A model generated the notes under the pieces. That model saw only the letters and a program-made list of their open reading frames with translations, was not told the origin of the DNA and made no database searches. 64,000 nt of DNA from a bacterium (lineage in GTDB: Bacteria; Margulisbacteria; WOR-1; O2-12-FULL-45-9; XYB2-FULL-48-7). The stretch covers positions 1 to 64,000 of the forward strand of contig JBDRLW010000030.1 in assembly GCA_043812655.1 (NCBI GenBank), written 5' to 3'. Shown one piece after another: positions 40,546 through 49,301 of the stretch. The translations under genes and the position numbers were made by a program. Position 1 is the first letter of the stretch, and every line of letters starts with the position of its first letter.

Positions 40546-41217
40546 TCACCTTTTTTTCCAAAGGTCTTTTGCCCATTGAGGAAGGCCACCCATAGGAGTT
40601 AAAATTATCTTGGCTCGTGGCACATTTAATTCCTCATATTCTTCAAGGCTACTTCCAGCCATTAAACTAAAATACGCACAATTTTTAAGTGCTGCCTCCC
40701 TTAATTCGATTGGGTACTCCAAAAATCCATGTTCGAAGCCGCCCTTTCTGAAGTTTGGATCATCATAATCTACCTTGATCTCTGTCATCCTTTGTAGCCA
40801 GACAGGCATTTTTTCTCTTGCCTCACAAAACAACTTTTCCGCCAATTTCTTTTGTTCCGAAGTTAGCTCCATTTTCTCAACTGGAATTTGGTAAATCCAT
40901 GATTCACGCTCTTCAAGCGGATAACTTGTTCTATCATTAAAGGGCCTTACTGCATACCCACCTAATCCCCCTAGAAAGGGAAGTTTTCTTCGATAATTTT
41001 CATTAAGCGTTTTTAAATAACCATAAAAAACCAATTGTTGGTCAAAAAACCCTTCCGTCCTCTCTGGGTTAAAGCTAAATCTGCTTCCTATTCCGGCAAC
41101 TTTTGTATGGCCTTCTTTCCCTCGCATTCGAATAAATCCAAATAAACCCATCGCCTCATCTGTAGTCGCCCTAATCGTAAACCTTTTAGCCTTTTTTGTG
41201 CTGACCATTACTCTCAT
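40546..41217 (-). CDS. Hypothetical protein (orphan-like)
   Basis: 223-aa ORF, GGAGG SD before ATG 41217. Confidence 0.75.
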   Translation of the reverse strand: MRVMVSTKKAKRFTIRATTDEAMGLFGFIRMRGKEGHTKVAGIGSRFSFNPERTEGFFDQQLVFYGYLKTLNENYRRKLPFLGGLGGYAVRPFNDRTSYPLEERESWIYQIPVEKMELTSEQKKLAEKLFCEAREKMPVWLQRMTEIKVDYDDPNFRKGGFEHGFLEYPIELREAALKNCAYFSLMAGSSLEEYEELNVPRAKIILTPMGGLPQWAKDLWKKR

Positions 41218-41270
41218 TTTAAGCCCTCCCTTCAAACAAGCTCGATCCTTCTACTTCCTATATTTCTACA

Positions 41271-41305
41271 TATATATCGTTATCCCCCCCCCCCCGAAAT
41301 TTCAC
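41271..41305 (-). promoter_or_regulatory. Sigma28-like promoter with G12 tract in spacer
   Basis: GTGAAATTT-C-G12-ATAA-CGATATATA. Confidence 0.65.
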
Positions 41306-41346
41306 TCTTTTAGAAAATAATTTTTTATGATAAAATATACAAGTCA

Positions 41347-42129
41347 ATGGATATTATTGTTTGTATTAAACAGGTCCCCGATACTACCGAGGTAAGAATA
41401 AACCCAGAGACCAACACCCTCATCCGGGATGGCGTCCCTTCTATTGTTAATCCTTTTGATGAAAACGCGATCGAAGCCGCGCTACAATTAAAAGAAAAGC
41501 ATGGCGGTAAAGTTACCGTTGTCTCCATGGGGCCGCCGCAAGCGGCTGAAGCGTTAAAAACCACGATCGCAATGGGTGTGGACGAGGCTTTTCTTGTTTC
41601 CGACCGCGCTTTTGCCGGCTCGGACACCTGGGCTACTTCTTATACCTTATCTCAAGCGATCAAAAAGATCGGCAAATTCGATCTGATCATCTGCGGTAAA
41701 CAGGCGATCGACGGCGACACCGCTCAAGTCGGCCCTGGTATTGCTGAATGGCTGAATATTCCTCAAGTCACCTTCGCTTCAAAGATCGAAGTTGAAGGAA
41801 CAACGTGTAAGATTGAAAGATTGCTCGAAGAAGTTAACGAGGTTGTTGAGTGCCCGCTTCCTGCCGTCATAACCGTTGTAAAACAGATCAATGAACCCCG
41901 CCTCCCTTCACTGAAAGGGATGATGCGGGCAAAAAAAGCGGAAATTAAAACCTTGTCAGCTGCTGCCATCGAAGGAGATGAGAAAAATTTGGGACTTAAG
42001 GGCTCTCCCACCTCAGTGGTTAAGATTTTTACCCCTCCAGCCAAAGGCGGGGGAGAAATTTTAAATGGTGATGCTGGTGAAGTAGTTGGTTTGTTAGTTA
42101 GTAAGTTGAAAGAGAGAAAGATCATATAG
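41347..42129 (+). CDS. etfB: Electron transfer flavoprotein beta subunit
   Basis: CIKQVPD, NPFDENA, GSDTWAT, GKQAIDGDTAQVGP. Confidence 0.96.
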   Translation: MDIIVCIKQVPDTTEVRINPETNTLIRDGVPSIVNPFDENAIEAALQLKEKHGGKVTVVSMGPPQAAEALKTTIAMGVDEAFLVSDRAFAGSDTWATSYTLSQAIKKIGKFDLIICGKQAIDGDTAQVGPGIAEWLNIPQVTFASKIEVEGTTCKIERLLEEVNEVVECPLPAVITVVKQINEPRLPSLKGMMRAKKAEIKTLSAAAIEGDEKNLGLKGSPTSVVKIFTPPAKGGGEILNGDAGEVVGLLVSKLKERKII

Positions 42130-42219
42130 GAACCTGAGAATAAATTCTCGGTTCCTTAGTGTAAATCTGTAGAATTAATTCTACAGATTTATTAATAACC
42201 GCGAATTCATTCGCAGGTT
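42129..42219. repeat. Cluster of three palindromes (BIME-like)
   Basis: 42129-42155, 42162-42191 (perfect 30-nt palindrome), 42197-42219; all have a GAAT-NN-ATTC core. Confidence 0.85.
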
Positions 42220-42237
42220 TATTGGAGATTATTATAG

Positions 42238-43473
42238 ATGAGCATCAAAATTTTATTGGATAAATGTACCGGTTGTACACTTTGCGTTAAAGCTTGCCCG
42301 TTTGCAGCCATCTCGATGATCGATCGGCCAGCAACAGCTCCAGGCAAGGGTAAAAAGGTCGCTGAAATTAATTTAGATACCTGCACGCTTTGCGGTGCTT
42401 GCGTTGAATCTTGTAAGTTTGACGCTATTGAGTTAAAGAAGGAACTCGGCGGCGCGGACAAAGACCTTTCACATTATAAAGGGGTTTGGGTCTTTGCTGA
42501 ACAGCGCGAAGGAAAAGTCCAGTCGGTCGCCTACGAACTGCTGACCGAAGGGAAAAAGCTGGCGGCAGAGCTAAAGACCGAAGTGGCCGCCGTTCTCCTT
42601 GGCGACCAGAACATTGAAGAAGAAGTTGATCATCTTTTCAGCTACGGCGCTGATAAGGTCTATTTAATCACTCATGTTGACTTGAAACATTACCACACCG
42701 CTCCTTATACTCGCTCACTGGGTGAAGCGATCATCAAATATAAACCAGAGGTTATGCTCCTGGGGGCGACCACGATGGGAAGAGACCTGGCCGCCCGCCT
42801 GGCGATCAGGGTTGGCGCTGGCCTGACCGCCGACTGCACCGGCCTGGCGATCGATCCAGTTAAAAAGATCTTACTGCAAACGCGACCCGCTTTTGGCGGC
42901 AATATTATGGCGACCATTCAAGCGCCCAATCATCGGCCGCAGATGTCGACCGTCAGACCCAAGGTATTCAAGAAAGAAAAGGTTGCCAACCCCAAACCCG
43001 CGGCTGGCAATGTCATTAAATTCATCCCGGTCATTAAACCGGAGGACCTGATCGTTAAACTCCTGGAAATAATTGAAGATGAGAGCGTCAAGGTCAATCT
43101 GGCGGACGCCGAGATCATTGTTTCCGGCGGCCGGGGACTTGGAGAAGCCAAGAATTTTAAGCTGGTTGAAGAGCTGGCGGCCGTTTTAGGCGGCGCGGTC
43201 GGCGCTTCGCGGGCAACCGTTGACGCCGGTTGGATTTCTGCCCACCACCAAGTTGGTCAAACCGGGAAAACTGTCTCGCCCAAACTCTACATCGCCTGCG
43301 GCATCGCCGGTAAAATTCAGCATTTGGCCGGGATGCAATCATCGGATACGATCGTAGCGATCAACAAAGATCCCGACGCGCCGATATTTAAGGTTGCGAC
43401 TTATGGCATTGTTGGGGATCTTTTTGAATATGTGCCGCTATTGACCAGCAAAATTAAAGAAGCAAGAGCATAA
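42238..43473 (+). CDS. etfA: Electron transfer flavoprotein alpha subunit with N-terminal 2x[4Fe-4S] domain
   Basis: Two CxxCxxCxxxC motifs, GLTADCT, TRPAFGG, QVGQTGK. Confidence 0.95.
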   Translation: MSIKILLDKCTGCTLCVKACPFAAISMIDRPATAPGKGKKVAEINLDTCTLCGACVESCKFDAIELKKELGGADKDLSHYKGVWVFAEQREGKVQSVAYELLTEGKKLAAELKTEVAAVLLGDQNIEEEVDHLFSYGADKVYLITHVDLKHYHTAPYTRSLGEAIIKYKPEVMLLGATTMGRDLAARLAIRVGAGLTADCTGLAIDPVKKILLQTRPAFGGNIMATIQAPNHRPQMSTVRPKVFKKEKVANPKPAAGNVIKFIPVIKPEDLIVKLLEIIEDESVKVNLADAEIIVSGGRGLGEAKNFKLVEELAAVLGGAVGASRATVDAGWISAHHQVGQTGKTVSPKLYIACGIAGKIQHLAGMQSSDTIVAINKDPDAPIFKVATYGIVGDLFEYVPLLTSKIKEARA

Positions 43474-43571
43474 ACCGGAAATGCCAATTTGGCGTCTCCA
43501 ATAAGGCTCATTGCCTTCTCGATAGTATCAGATAATACTATACTATTATTTAACTTTCTTCTCCTATCTGA

Positions 43572-43898
43572 TTAGTTTTGCTTTTTTAAATTTCTTCTTG
43601 TTTCATAGGTGTAGAGGTGCTGACTGGACCTGTTATTTACAATCTTAAGGGCTTCTTCTAAGGTGATGTTATCCGCCACATGACCAACAATAGCAAAAAG
43701 CTTTTCATTTGGTCCTCGGAGAGCGTTAATAGCGCTTACTGACGTAGGCAGCTGATTAACCATTACAAGCCTATCAACCGCCGGAATACGTCGCTCGCTT
43801 GTATTTCTGAGGTAGCCCTTATTATCATCTTGCCAACAACCCTTCTTTCGAATAGTAACCCCGGTTCGAAATTGTCGAAATATTATTCCTGTTTTCAT
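43572..43898 (-). CDS. Hypothetical protein (orphan-like)
   Basis: 108-aa ORF, AAGGGGG SD, conserved promoter motif upstream. Confidence 0.65.
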   Translation of the reverse strand: MKTGIIFRQFRTGVTIRKKGCWQDDNKGYLRNTSERRIPAVDRLVMVNQLPTSVSAINALRGPNEKLFAIVGHVADNITLEEALKIVNNRSSQHLYTYETRRNLKKQN

Positions 43899-43982
43899 AA
43901 TCCAACCCCCTTATATATTTCATTTTTAATAAGTTCGAATATCGACCTTTACCAATATAGTTATTCAAACCTTTACTATACC

Positions 43983-44015
43983 TATATCGCCCCCCCCCCC
44001 CGCAGAAAATTTCAC
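43983..44015 (-). promoter_or_regulatory. Sigma28-like promoter with G12 tract in spacer
   Basis: GTGAAATTT-TCTGC-G12-CGATATA. Confidence 0.65.
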
Positions 44016-44177
44016 CCTATTTTGAAATCGCGGTTTTTGGTATAATTATTAAGTTGTGATGGAGCGGCCACTAGAAAATAAAAAAGTCGGACAATGTCTG
44101 ACTAATTTTCCCGGAACAGAAATTCCAGACGGTGTCTGGATTTTTTCCTATCCTTATAATTTTGTTAAAGGACAATA

Positions 44178-45200
44178 ATGGCAAAAGTCACCAAACATAA
44201 AGGATTTCAGCAATTAGTCGTTAAAATTGGAGATATCCTTTCTCTATCCCGATCTCAAGCAGTTAGACAAGTAAACCAACTTCTGGTAAAAACCTATTGG
44301 GAGATTGGGAAGGAAATCGTTGAGTTTGCACAAAAAGGCAAAGAAAAAGCCGATTATGGGGAGGCCCTTCTTGAGGCATTGTCCAAAGATCTTACTCTAA
44401 AATATGGCAAGGGCTTCACGCCAAGCGGGCTCCGTCGCATGAGACAATTTTATTTAGCATATCCAATCTGTGCGACACTGTCGCACGAATTAAGCTGGTC
44501 TCATTATTGTTTACTTGTTGCCGTCAGTAACCCTAATGGCAGGGCTTTTTATGAAAAAGAAACCATTAATGCCAAGTGGTCGATAAGACAGCTTGATCGC
44601 CAGATTAATTCCATGCTTTACGAGCGGCTGGCTTTAAGCAAAGATAAAAAAGGCGTCCTATTGCTTGCTAATAAAGGACTTGAGATTGAAAGACCCGAAG
44701 ATGCCGTAAAAGATCCCTATGTTTTAGAATTCCTTGGTCTTCCAGAAAACGTCAAGCTGTCTGAATCTAAGCTGGAATCGTCCTTAATTGAACACTTAAA
44801 AAGTTTTCTTCTCGAGTTGGGCAAAGGCTTTAGTTTTGTGGAAAGGCAAAAAAGGATTTCCATGAATAATGAGCATTTTTATGTTGACCTGGTTTTTTAT
44901 AACATCTTTTTAAAGTGTTATGTTTTAATTGACTTAAAAACCAGAAAACTAAGACATGAAGATGCTGGACAAATGAACTTTTATCTTAACTATTTCAAAA
45001 AAGAAATAAACCGAGAAGGAGACGGCGAGCCGATAGGGATAATTCTCTGCGCAGAAAAAGACAAGACCTTTGCCGAGTTTGTAATGGGGGGGCTGTCAAA
45101 CAAGCTCTTTACTTCAAAATACAAATTAGCTCTACCTAAACCTAAGGAACTTCAGAACGAAATTGCTCAAACTATTTCAACGCTTCGCCTGAAAGGATAA
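44178..45200 (+). CDS. YhcG/DUF1016 PD-(D/E)XK nuclease domain protein
   Basis: YWEIG, LSWSHY, KDPYVLEFL, FLLELGKGF, DAGQMNFY. Confidence 0.93.
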   Translation: MAKVTKHKGFQQLVVKIGDILSLSRSQAVRQVNQLLVKTYWEIGKEIVEFAQKGKEKADYGEALLEALSKDLTLKYGKGFTPSGLRRMRQFYLAYPICATLSHELSWSHYCLLVAVSNPNGRAFYEKETINAKWSIRQLDRQINSMLYERLALSKDKKGVLLLANKGLEIERPEDAVKDPYVLEFLGLPENVKLSESKLESSLIEHLKSFLLELGKGFSFVERQKRISMNNEHFYVDLVFYNIFLKCYVLIDLKTRKLRHEDAGQMNFYLNYFKKEINREGDGEPIGIILCAEKDKTFAEFVMGGLSNKLFTSKYKLALPKPKELQNEIAQTISTLRLKG

Positions 45201-45203
45201 ATC

Positions 45204-46073
45204 ATGACAACCGCATTTGTTTTCCCGGGCCAGGGGTCGCAGTCAGTGGGGATGGGCATAGATCTGGCCGAAAAATATCTGGACCAAGCCAATCAAATCC
45301 TCGGCTTTGACCTCAGGAAGATCGTCCTCGAAGGACCGGAAGAAGAACTCAAACAGACCGCCATAACTCAACCAGCGATATTCGTCATCTCGGTTGCGAT
45401 GTGCGAAACGTTACGCGAAAAGGGAGTTGCGTTTGAGTCAGTTGCCGGTCATAGTCTCGGCGAATATTCCGCGCTTTACGCCGCGGGAGTTATCTCTTTT
45501 GAGGATGCGGTAAAAACAGTTAGCCTCCGAGGAAAATTCATGCAAGAAGCAGTTCCAGCCGGAGTTGGCGCCATGGCGGCCTTACTCGGTGGAGACCGAA
45601 AAGCTATCGCCGATATCTGCGCCGAAGTTGGCAACGTTTGGCCCGCCAATTTTAATTCGCCTGGTCAAGTTGTCATCTCCGGCACCAAAGACGGCGTTGA
45701 AAAAGCGGGTGAGAAGCTGAAGGCCGCTGGAGTAAAGAAAATTATTCCTTTGGCCGTTTCTGCCCCTTTCCATTGCCCACTTATGCAGCCGGCTGCCGAT
45801 AAATTAGCCGGAGTTCTTGATAATATTAAATTCAATGACGCAGCAATCCCAATTTATGCCAACGTCACCGCTTCGCCGGTTACCAGCGCGGCGGAAATTA
45901 AAAAACTTTTGATCAAACAAGTTACCGCCTCGGTTCTGTGGGATGATACAATTAATAAGATGATTGCTGATGGGGTTAATAGTTTCATTGAAGTTGGGCC
46001 GGGAAAAGTTTTGACGGGATTGATCAAGAAGATTAGTCCGAGTGTTGAAGTAAAACCATTTATAGATGTTTAA
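45204..46073 (+). CDS. fabD: Malonyl-CoA:ACP transacylase
   Basis: FPGQGSQ, GHSLGE, SAPFH, EVGPG. Confidence 0.97.
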   Translation: MTTAFVFPGQGSQSVGMGIDLAEKYLDQANQILGFDLRKIVLEGPEEELKQTAITQPAIFVISVAMCETLREKGVAFESVAGHSLGEYSALYAAGVISFEDAVKTVSLRGKFMQEAVPAGVGAMAALLGGDRKAIADICAEVGNVWPANFNSPGQVVISGTKDGVEKAGEKLKAAGVKKIIPLAVSAPFHCPLMQPAADKLAGVLDNIKFNDAAIPIYANVTASPVTSAAEIKKLLIKQVTASVLWDDTINKMIADGVNSFIEVGPGKVLTGLIKKISPSVEVKPFIDV

Positions 46074-46075
46074 TT

Positions 46076-46100
46076 AACCCGAGAATGAATTCGCGGTTCC
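46076..46100. repeat. REP-like bulged palindrome
   Basis: AACC C GAGAAT GA ATTCGC GGTT; 21/23 identical to the reverse complement of 42197-42219. Confidence 0.8.
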
Positions 46101-46120
46101 TTTAAACAGGAGGTTCGCAT

Positions 46121-46861
46121 ATGATTCTTAAAGACAAGGTCGCGTTTGTGACGGGATCGGCTCAAGGGATCGGGAAGGCGGTCGCAATAGCTCTGGCCAA
46201 AGAAGGAGCAATCGTCGTTATTTCAGATATCAACCTTGAGCTCGCTACCCAAACGGCAAAAGAAATTGAAGTGCTTGGGGTAAAAACCTTAGCCGTTAAA
46301 ACGAATGTCGCCGACCTGGCCGACGTGGAAAAATCGGCGGAAGAGATCACTAAAGTTTTTGGCCGGATCGACATCCTCGTTAACAATGCCGGCATCACTA
46401 AAGATGGCCTATTGATCCGAATGAAAAAAGAAGATTGGGACGCGGTCATCGGCGTTAACTTAACCGGTGTTTTCAATTGCACAAAAGTAGTTTCGACCTT
46501 GATGATGAAGCAACGTTACGGTAAAATAGTAAGCATTGCCAGCATAGTTGGCCAGATGGGAAATGCTGGTCAGGCTAATTATGCGGCGAGTAAAGGGGGC
46601 GTTATCGCTTTTACGAAAACGGTGGCCAAGGAATTGGCTTCACGCAACGTAACGGCCAACGCCATAGCCCCAGGGTTTATCCAAACAGCAATGACGGATA
46701 AGCTTTCCGATGAAGTGAAGAAAAAGATGATGGAGCAGATTCCGCTGGGCAAGTTGGGGACGCCGGAAGACATCGCTAGTGCGGTAGTCTTTCTCTCCAG
46801 CCCAGCAGCGGATTATATAACCGGTCAAATTCTCGCCGTCAACGGCGGAATGTACATGTAA
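46121..46861 (+). CDS. fabG: 3-oxoacyl-ACP reductase
   Basis: TGSAQGIG, NNAGIT, YAASK. Confidence 0.97.
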   Translation: MILKDKVAFVTGSAQGIGKAVAIALAKEGAIVVISDINLELATQTAKEIEVLGVKTLAVKTNVADLADVEKSAEEITKVFGRIDILVNNAGITKDGLLIRMKKEDWDAVIGVNLTGVFNCTKVVSTLMMKQRYGKIVSIASIVGQMGNAGQANYAASKGGVIAFTKTVAKELASRNVTANAIAPGFIQTAMTDKLSDEVKKKMMEQIPLGKLGTPEDIASAVVFLSSPAADYITGQILAVNGGMYM

Positions 46862-46873
46862 GGGGGTGAAGTA

Positions 46874-47116
46874 ATGGACGAACAGCAGATATTTGAACAA
46901 GTTAAGAAGGTCGTGGTCGAACAATTAGGCGTAGCCGAATCAGAGATCAAAAAAGAATCGTCGTTTGTCGATGATCTAGGCGCCGATTCGCTCGACACGG
47001 TTGAACTAGTCATGGCTCTTGAAGAATCTTTTGGTGTTGAGATCCCGGATGAAGACGCCGAAAAGATCAAAACGATCAATGACACAATAAATTATGTAAA
47101 GGCACACAAAAAGTAA
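46874..47116 (+). CDS. acpP: Acyl carrier protein
   Basis: [11 protein letters not shown]. Confidence 0.98.
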   Translation: MDEQQIFEQVKKVVVEQLGVAESEIKKESSFVDDLGADSLDTVELVMALEESFGVEIPDEDAEKIKTINDTINYVKAHKK

Positions 47117-47118
47117 AC

Positions 47119-48072
47119 ATGAAGCTACCCCAACTTAAAATAGATGGACTAACGGCTCAAGTCCCGATCATCCAAGGCGGTATGGCCGTTAGGGTTTCAA
47201 CGGGCCGGCTGGCCGGCGCGGTCGCGGCGACTGGCGCGATCGGTATTATCGGCGCGTCCGGCATGGCGTTTGACGAGCTCAAAAAAGAGATCGCTATTGC
47301 CAGGGAATTAGCCAATGGTGGTTTAGTTGGGATCAATATTATGTTTGCGGCCAGAGAATTTTGGGGTATTGTGCAAACCGCGATCAAGGAAAAAATCGAT
47401 CTCATTATTACTGGGGCTGGTTTTTCCCGAGATATTTTTAAAGCCGGGCTTGATAACAATACCCCTATTCTCCCTATCGTGTCAACCGCCAGGCTGGCAG
47501 AAACAGCCGCGCGTCTTGGCGCTTCAGCGATCGTGGTTGAAGGCAAAGAAGCTGGCGGGCATCTTGGGACCGATCGCTCCATCTGGGATATTTTCCCGGA
47601 AGTTAAAAAGGCGGTTAGCCTCCCGGTCATCGCCGCCGGTGGTTTAATTAATGGCGAGGAAATCTGCAAGGCTTTTAAAATGGGGGCGGACGGCGTCCAA
47701 ATTGCGACCCGCTTCGTCCTGGCTGAAGAATGCAACGTTGCTTTACCTTTTAAGAAGCGGTACCAAACCGCTACCAAAGATGATGTTGTTTTGATCCAGT
47801 CCCCTGTTGGTCTCCCTGGGCGGGCGATCAAAACAGCCTTAGTCGAAAAAATATTAAGTGGAACGGCACCCAAGCCGGTCGGCTGTGATTTCTGTTTGAA
47901 GAAATGTTCCTTAAAATATTGCATTATCCAGGCTTTAATTAATTCCCAAAAAGGGGATATTGATAACGGCGTGGTTTTTTCCGGTGAATATGTCTGGAAA
48001 ATAAAAGACCGAACCATTAAACCGACCGCCGCCATTATGAAAGAACTTTTAGACGAGGTCGCCGCGTGCTAG
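47119..48072 (+). CDS. Nitronate monooxygenase-family flavoprotein (FabK/FabX-like)
   Basis: PIIQGGM, EGKEAGGH, SPVGLPGRA, CDFCLKKC...YC. Confidence 0.85.
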   Translation: MKLPQLKIDGLTAQVPIIQGGMAVRVSTGRLAGAVAATGAIGIIGASGMAFDELKKEIAIARELANGGLVGINIMFAAREFWGIVQTAIKEKIDLIITGAGFSRDIFKAGLDNNTPILPIVSTARLAETAARLGASAIVVEGKEAGGHLGTDRSIWDIFPEVKKAVSLPVIAAGGLINGEEICKAFKMGADGVQIATRFVLAEECNVALPFKKRYQTATKDDVVLIQSPVGLPGRAIKTALVEKILSGTAPKPVGCDFCLKKCSLKYCIIQALINSQKGDIDNGVVFSGEYVWKIKDRTIKPTAAIMKELLDEVAAC

Positions 48073-49286
48073 GTCGCGTTGTTATCACTGGCCTCGGCGT
48101 TGTTTCCCCTGTCGGGATCGGCAAAGATATTTTTTGGCAAAATATTGTTGCCGGAAAAAACGGGATCGGCCCGATCACCCGCTTTGATACGGCTAAATTT
48201 GACGTCAAAATTGCCGGTGAGGTTAAAGATTTTGATCCTTCCCTTTATTTAGATAAAAAAGAAGCCCGGCGGCTGGTTCGCTTCATCCAGTTCGGGGTTG
48301 CCGCCGGAAAAATGGCTCTAACTGACGCTAATTTAACTATTACACCAGAAAATGCGCCCAGGATCGGTGTTATTGTCGGTTCCGGGATCGGCGGCTTAGA
48401 TATCCTTGAAGAACAGGCCAGAAATTTACACGAAAAAGGGCCGGATAAGCTTAGCCCCTTCACTGTTCCCTACATGATCGCCGATATGGCCGCCGGCTAC
48501 ATTTCTATCATGACGGGAGCTAAAGGGCCAAACTTCTGTGTTGTTACCGCTTGCGCCTCCGGAACTCATTCGATTGGCGAGGCAATGAAGACCATTCAAC
48601 GCGGTGCCGCCGATGTCGTCATTGCCGGCGGGACCGAGGCTTGTGTCACCCCGCTTGGCATTGCCAGTTTTGCCGCTGCTCGTGCTTTGTCAACGACCGG
48701 CAGCCGCCCTTTTGATAAAACCCGAGACGGTTTTGTGATGGGCGAAGGCGCGGGAATCGTTATTCTTGAAAGCCTGGAACACGCGCAAAAAAGAGGCGCT
48801 CACATTTATGCCGAGCTTGCCGGTTACGGCGCCAGCGGCGACGCCAACCACATTACTGCTCCGGCTCCTGGCGGTGAAGGAGCGGTCCGCGCTATTAGAG
48901 CGGCCTTGGCAGATGCTAACTTACAACCGGCAGATATTGATTATGTCAACGCCCACGGGACCTCGACTGAATTAAACGATAAATTTGAAACAATGGCGCT
49001 CAAAACCGTTTTTGGCGAACATGCCAAAAAGCTGAAGATCAGTTCAAACAAATCGATGATCGGGCATCTTCTTGGCGCTTCCGGGGCGGTCGAGTTTGTT
49101 TCCACCACTTTATCCGTAGCCAATGATGTGTCGCCCCCGACAATAAACCATCAGGCTCCTGATCCTGATTGCGACTTAGATTACACCCCCAACCAGGCAA
49201 AAAAACTCCCCATTCGTGCCGCCGTCAAAGAATCTTTTGGTTTTGGCGGACACAACGCAATTCTAGTGGTGAAAAAATTTATCTAA
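48066..49286 (+). CDS. fabF: Beta-ketoacyl-ACP synthase II
   Basis: TACASG, NAHGTST, GHLLGA, FGFGGHN. Confidence 0.97.
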   Translation: MLGRVVITGLGVVSPVGIGKDIFWQNIVAGKNGIGPITRFDTAKFDVKIAGEVKDFDPSLYLDKKEARRLVRFIQFGVAAGKMALTDANLTITPENAPRIGVIVGSGIGGLDILEEQARNLHEKGPDKLSPFTVPYMIADMAAGYISIMTGAKGPNFCVVTACASGTHSIGEAMKTIQRGAADVVIAGGTEACVTPLGIASFAAARALSTTGSRPFDKTRDGFVMGEGAGIVILESLEHAQKRGAHIYAELAGYGASGDANHITAPAPGGEGAVRAIRAALADANLQPADIDYVNAHGTSTELNDKFETMALKTVFGEHAKKLKISSNKSMIGHLLGASGAVEFVSTTLSVANDVSPPTINHQAPDPDCDLDYTPNQAKKLPIRAAVKESFGFGGHNAILVVKKFI

Positions 49287-49301
49287 TGATATAATCGTTT
49301 C

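Noticed and set aside
42129..42219. Possible CRISPR mini-array
   Set aside because: Units are non-identical palindromes separated by 5-6 nt, with no spacers and no cas genes in the window.
43477..43499. REP-like hairpin after etfA
   Set aside because: Single imperfect copy; cannot be distinguished from a weak terminator.
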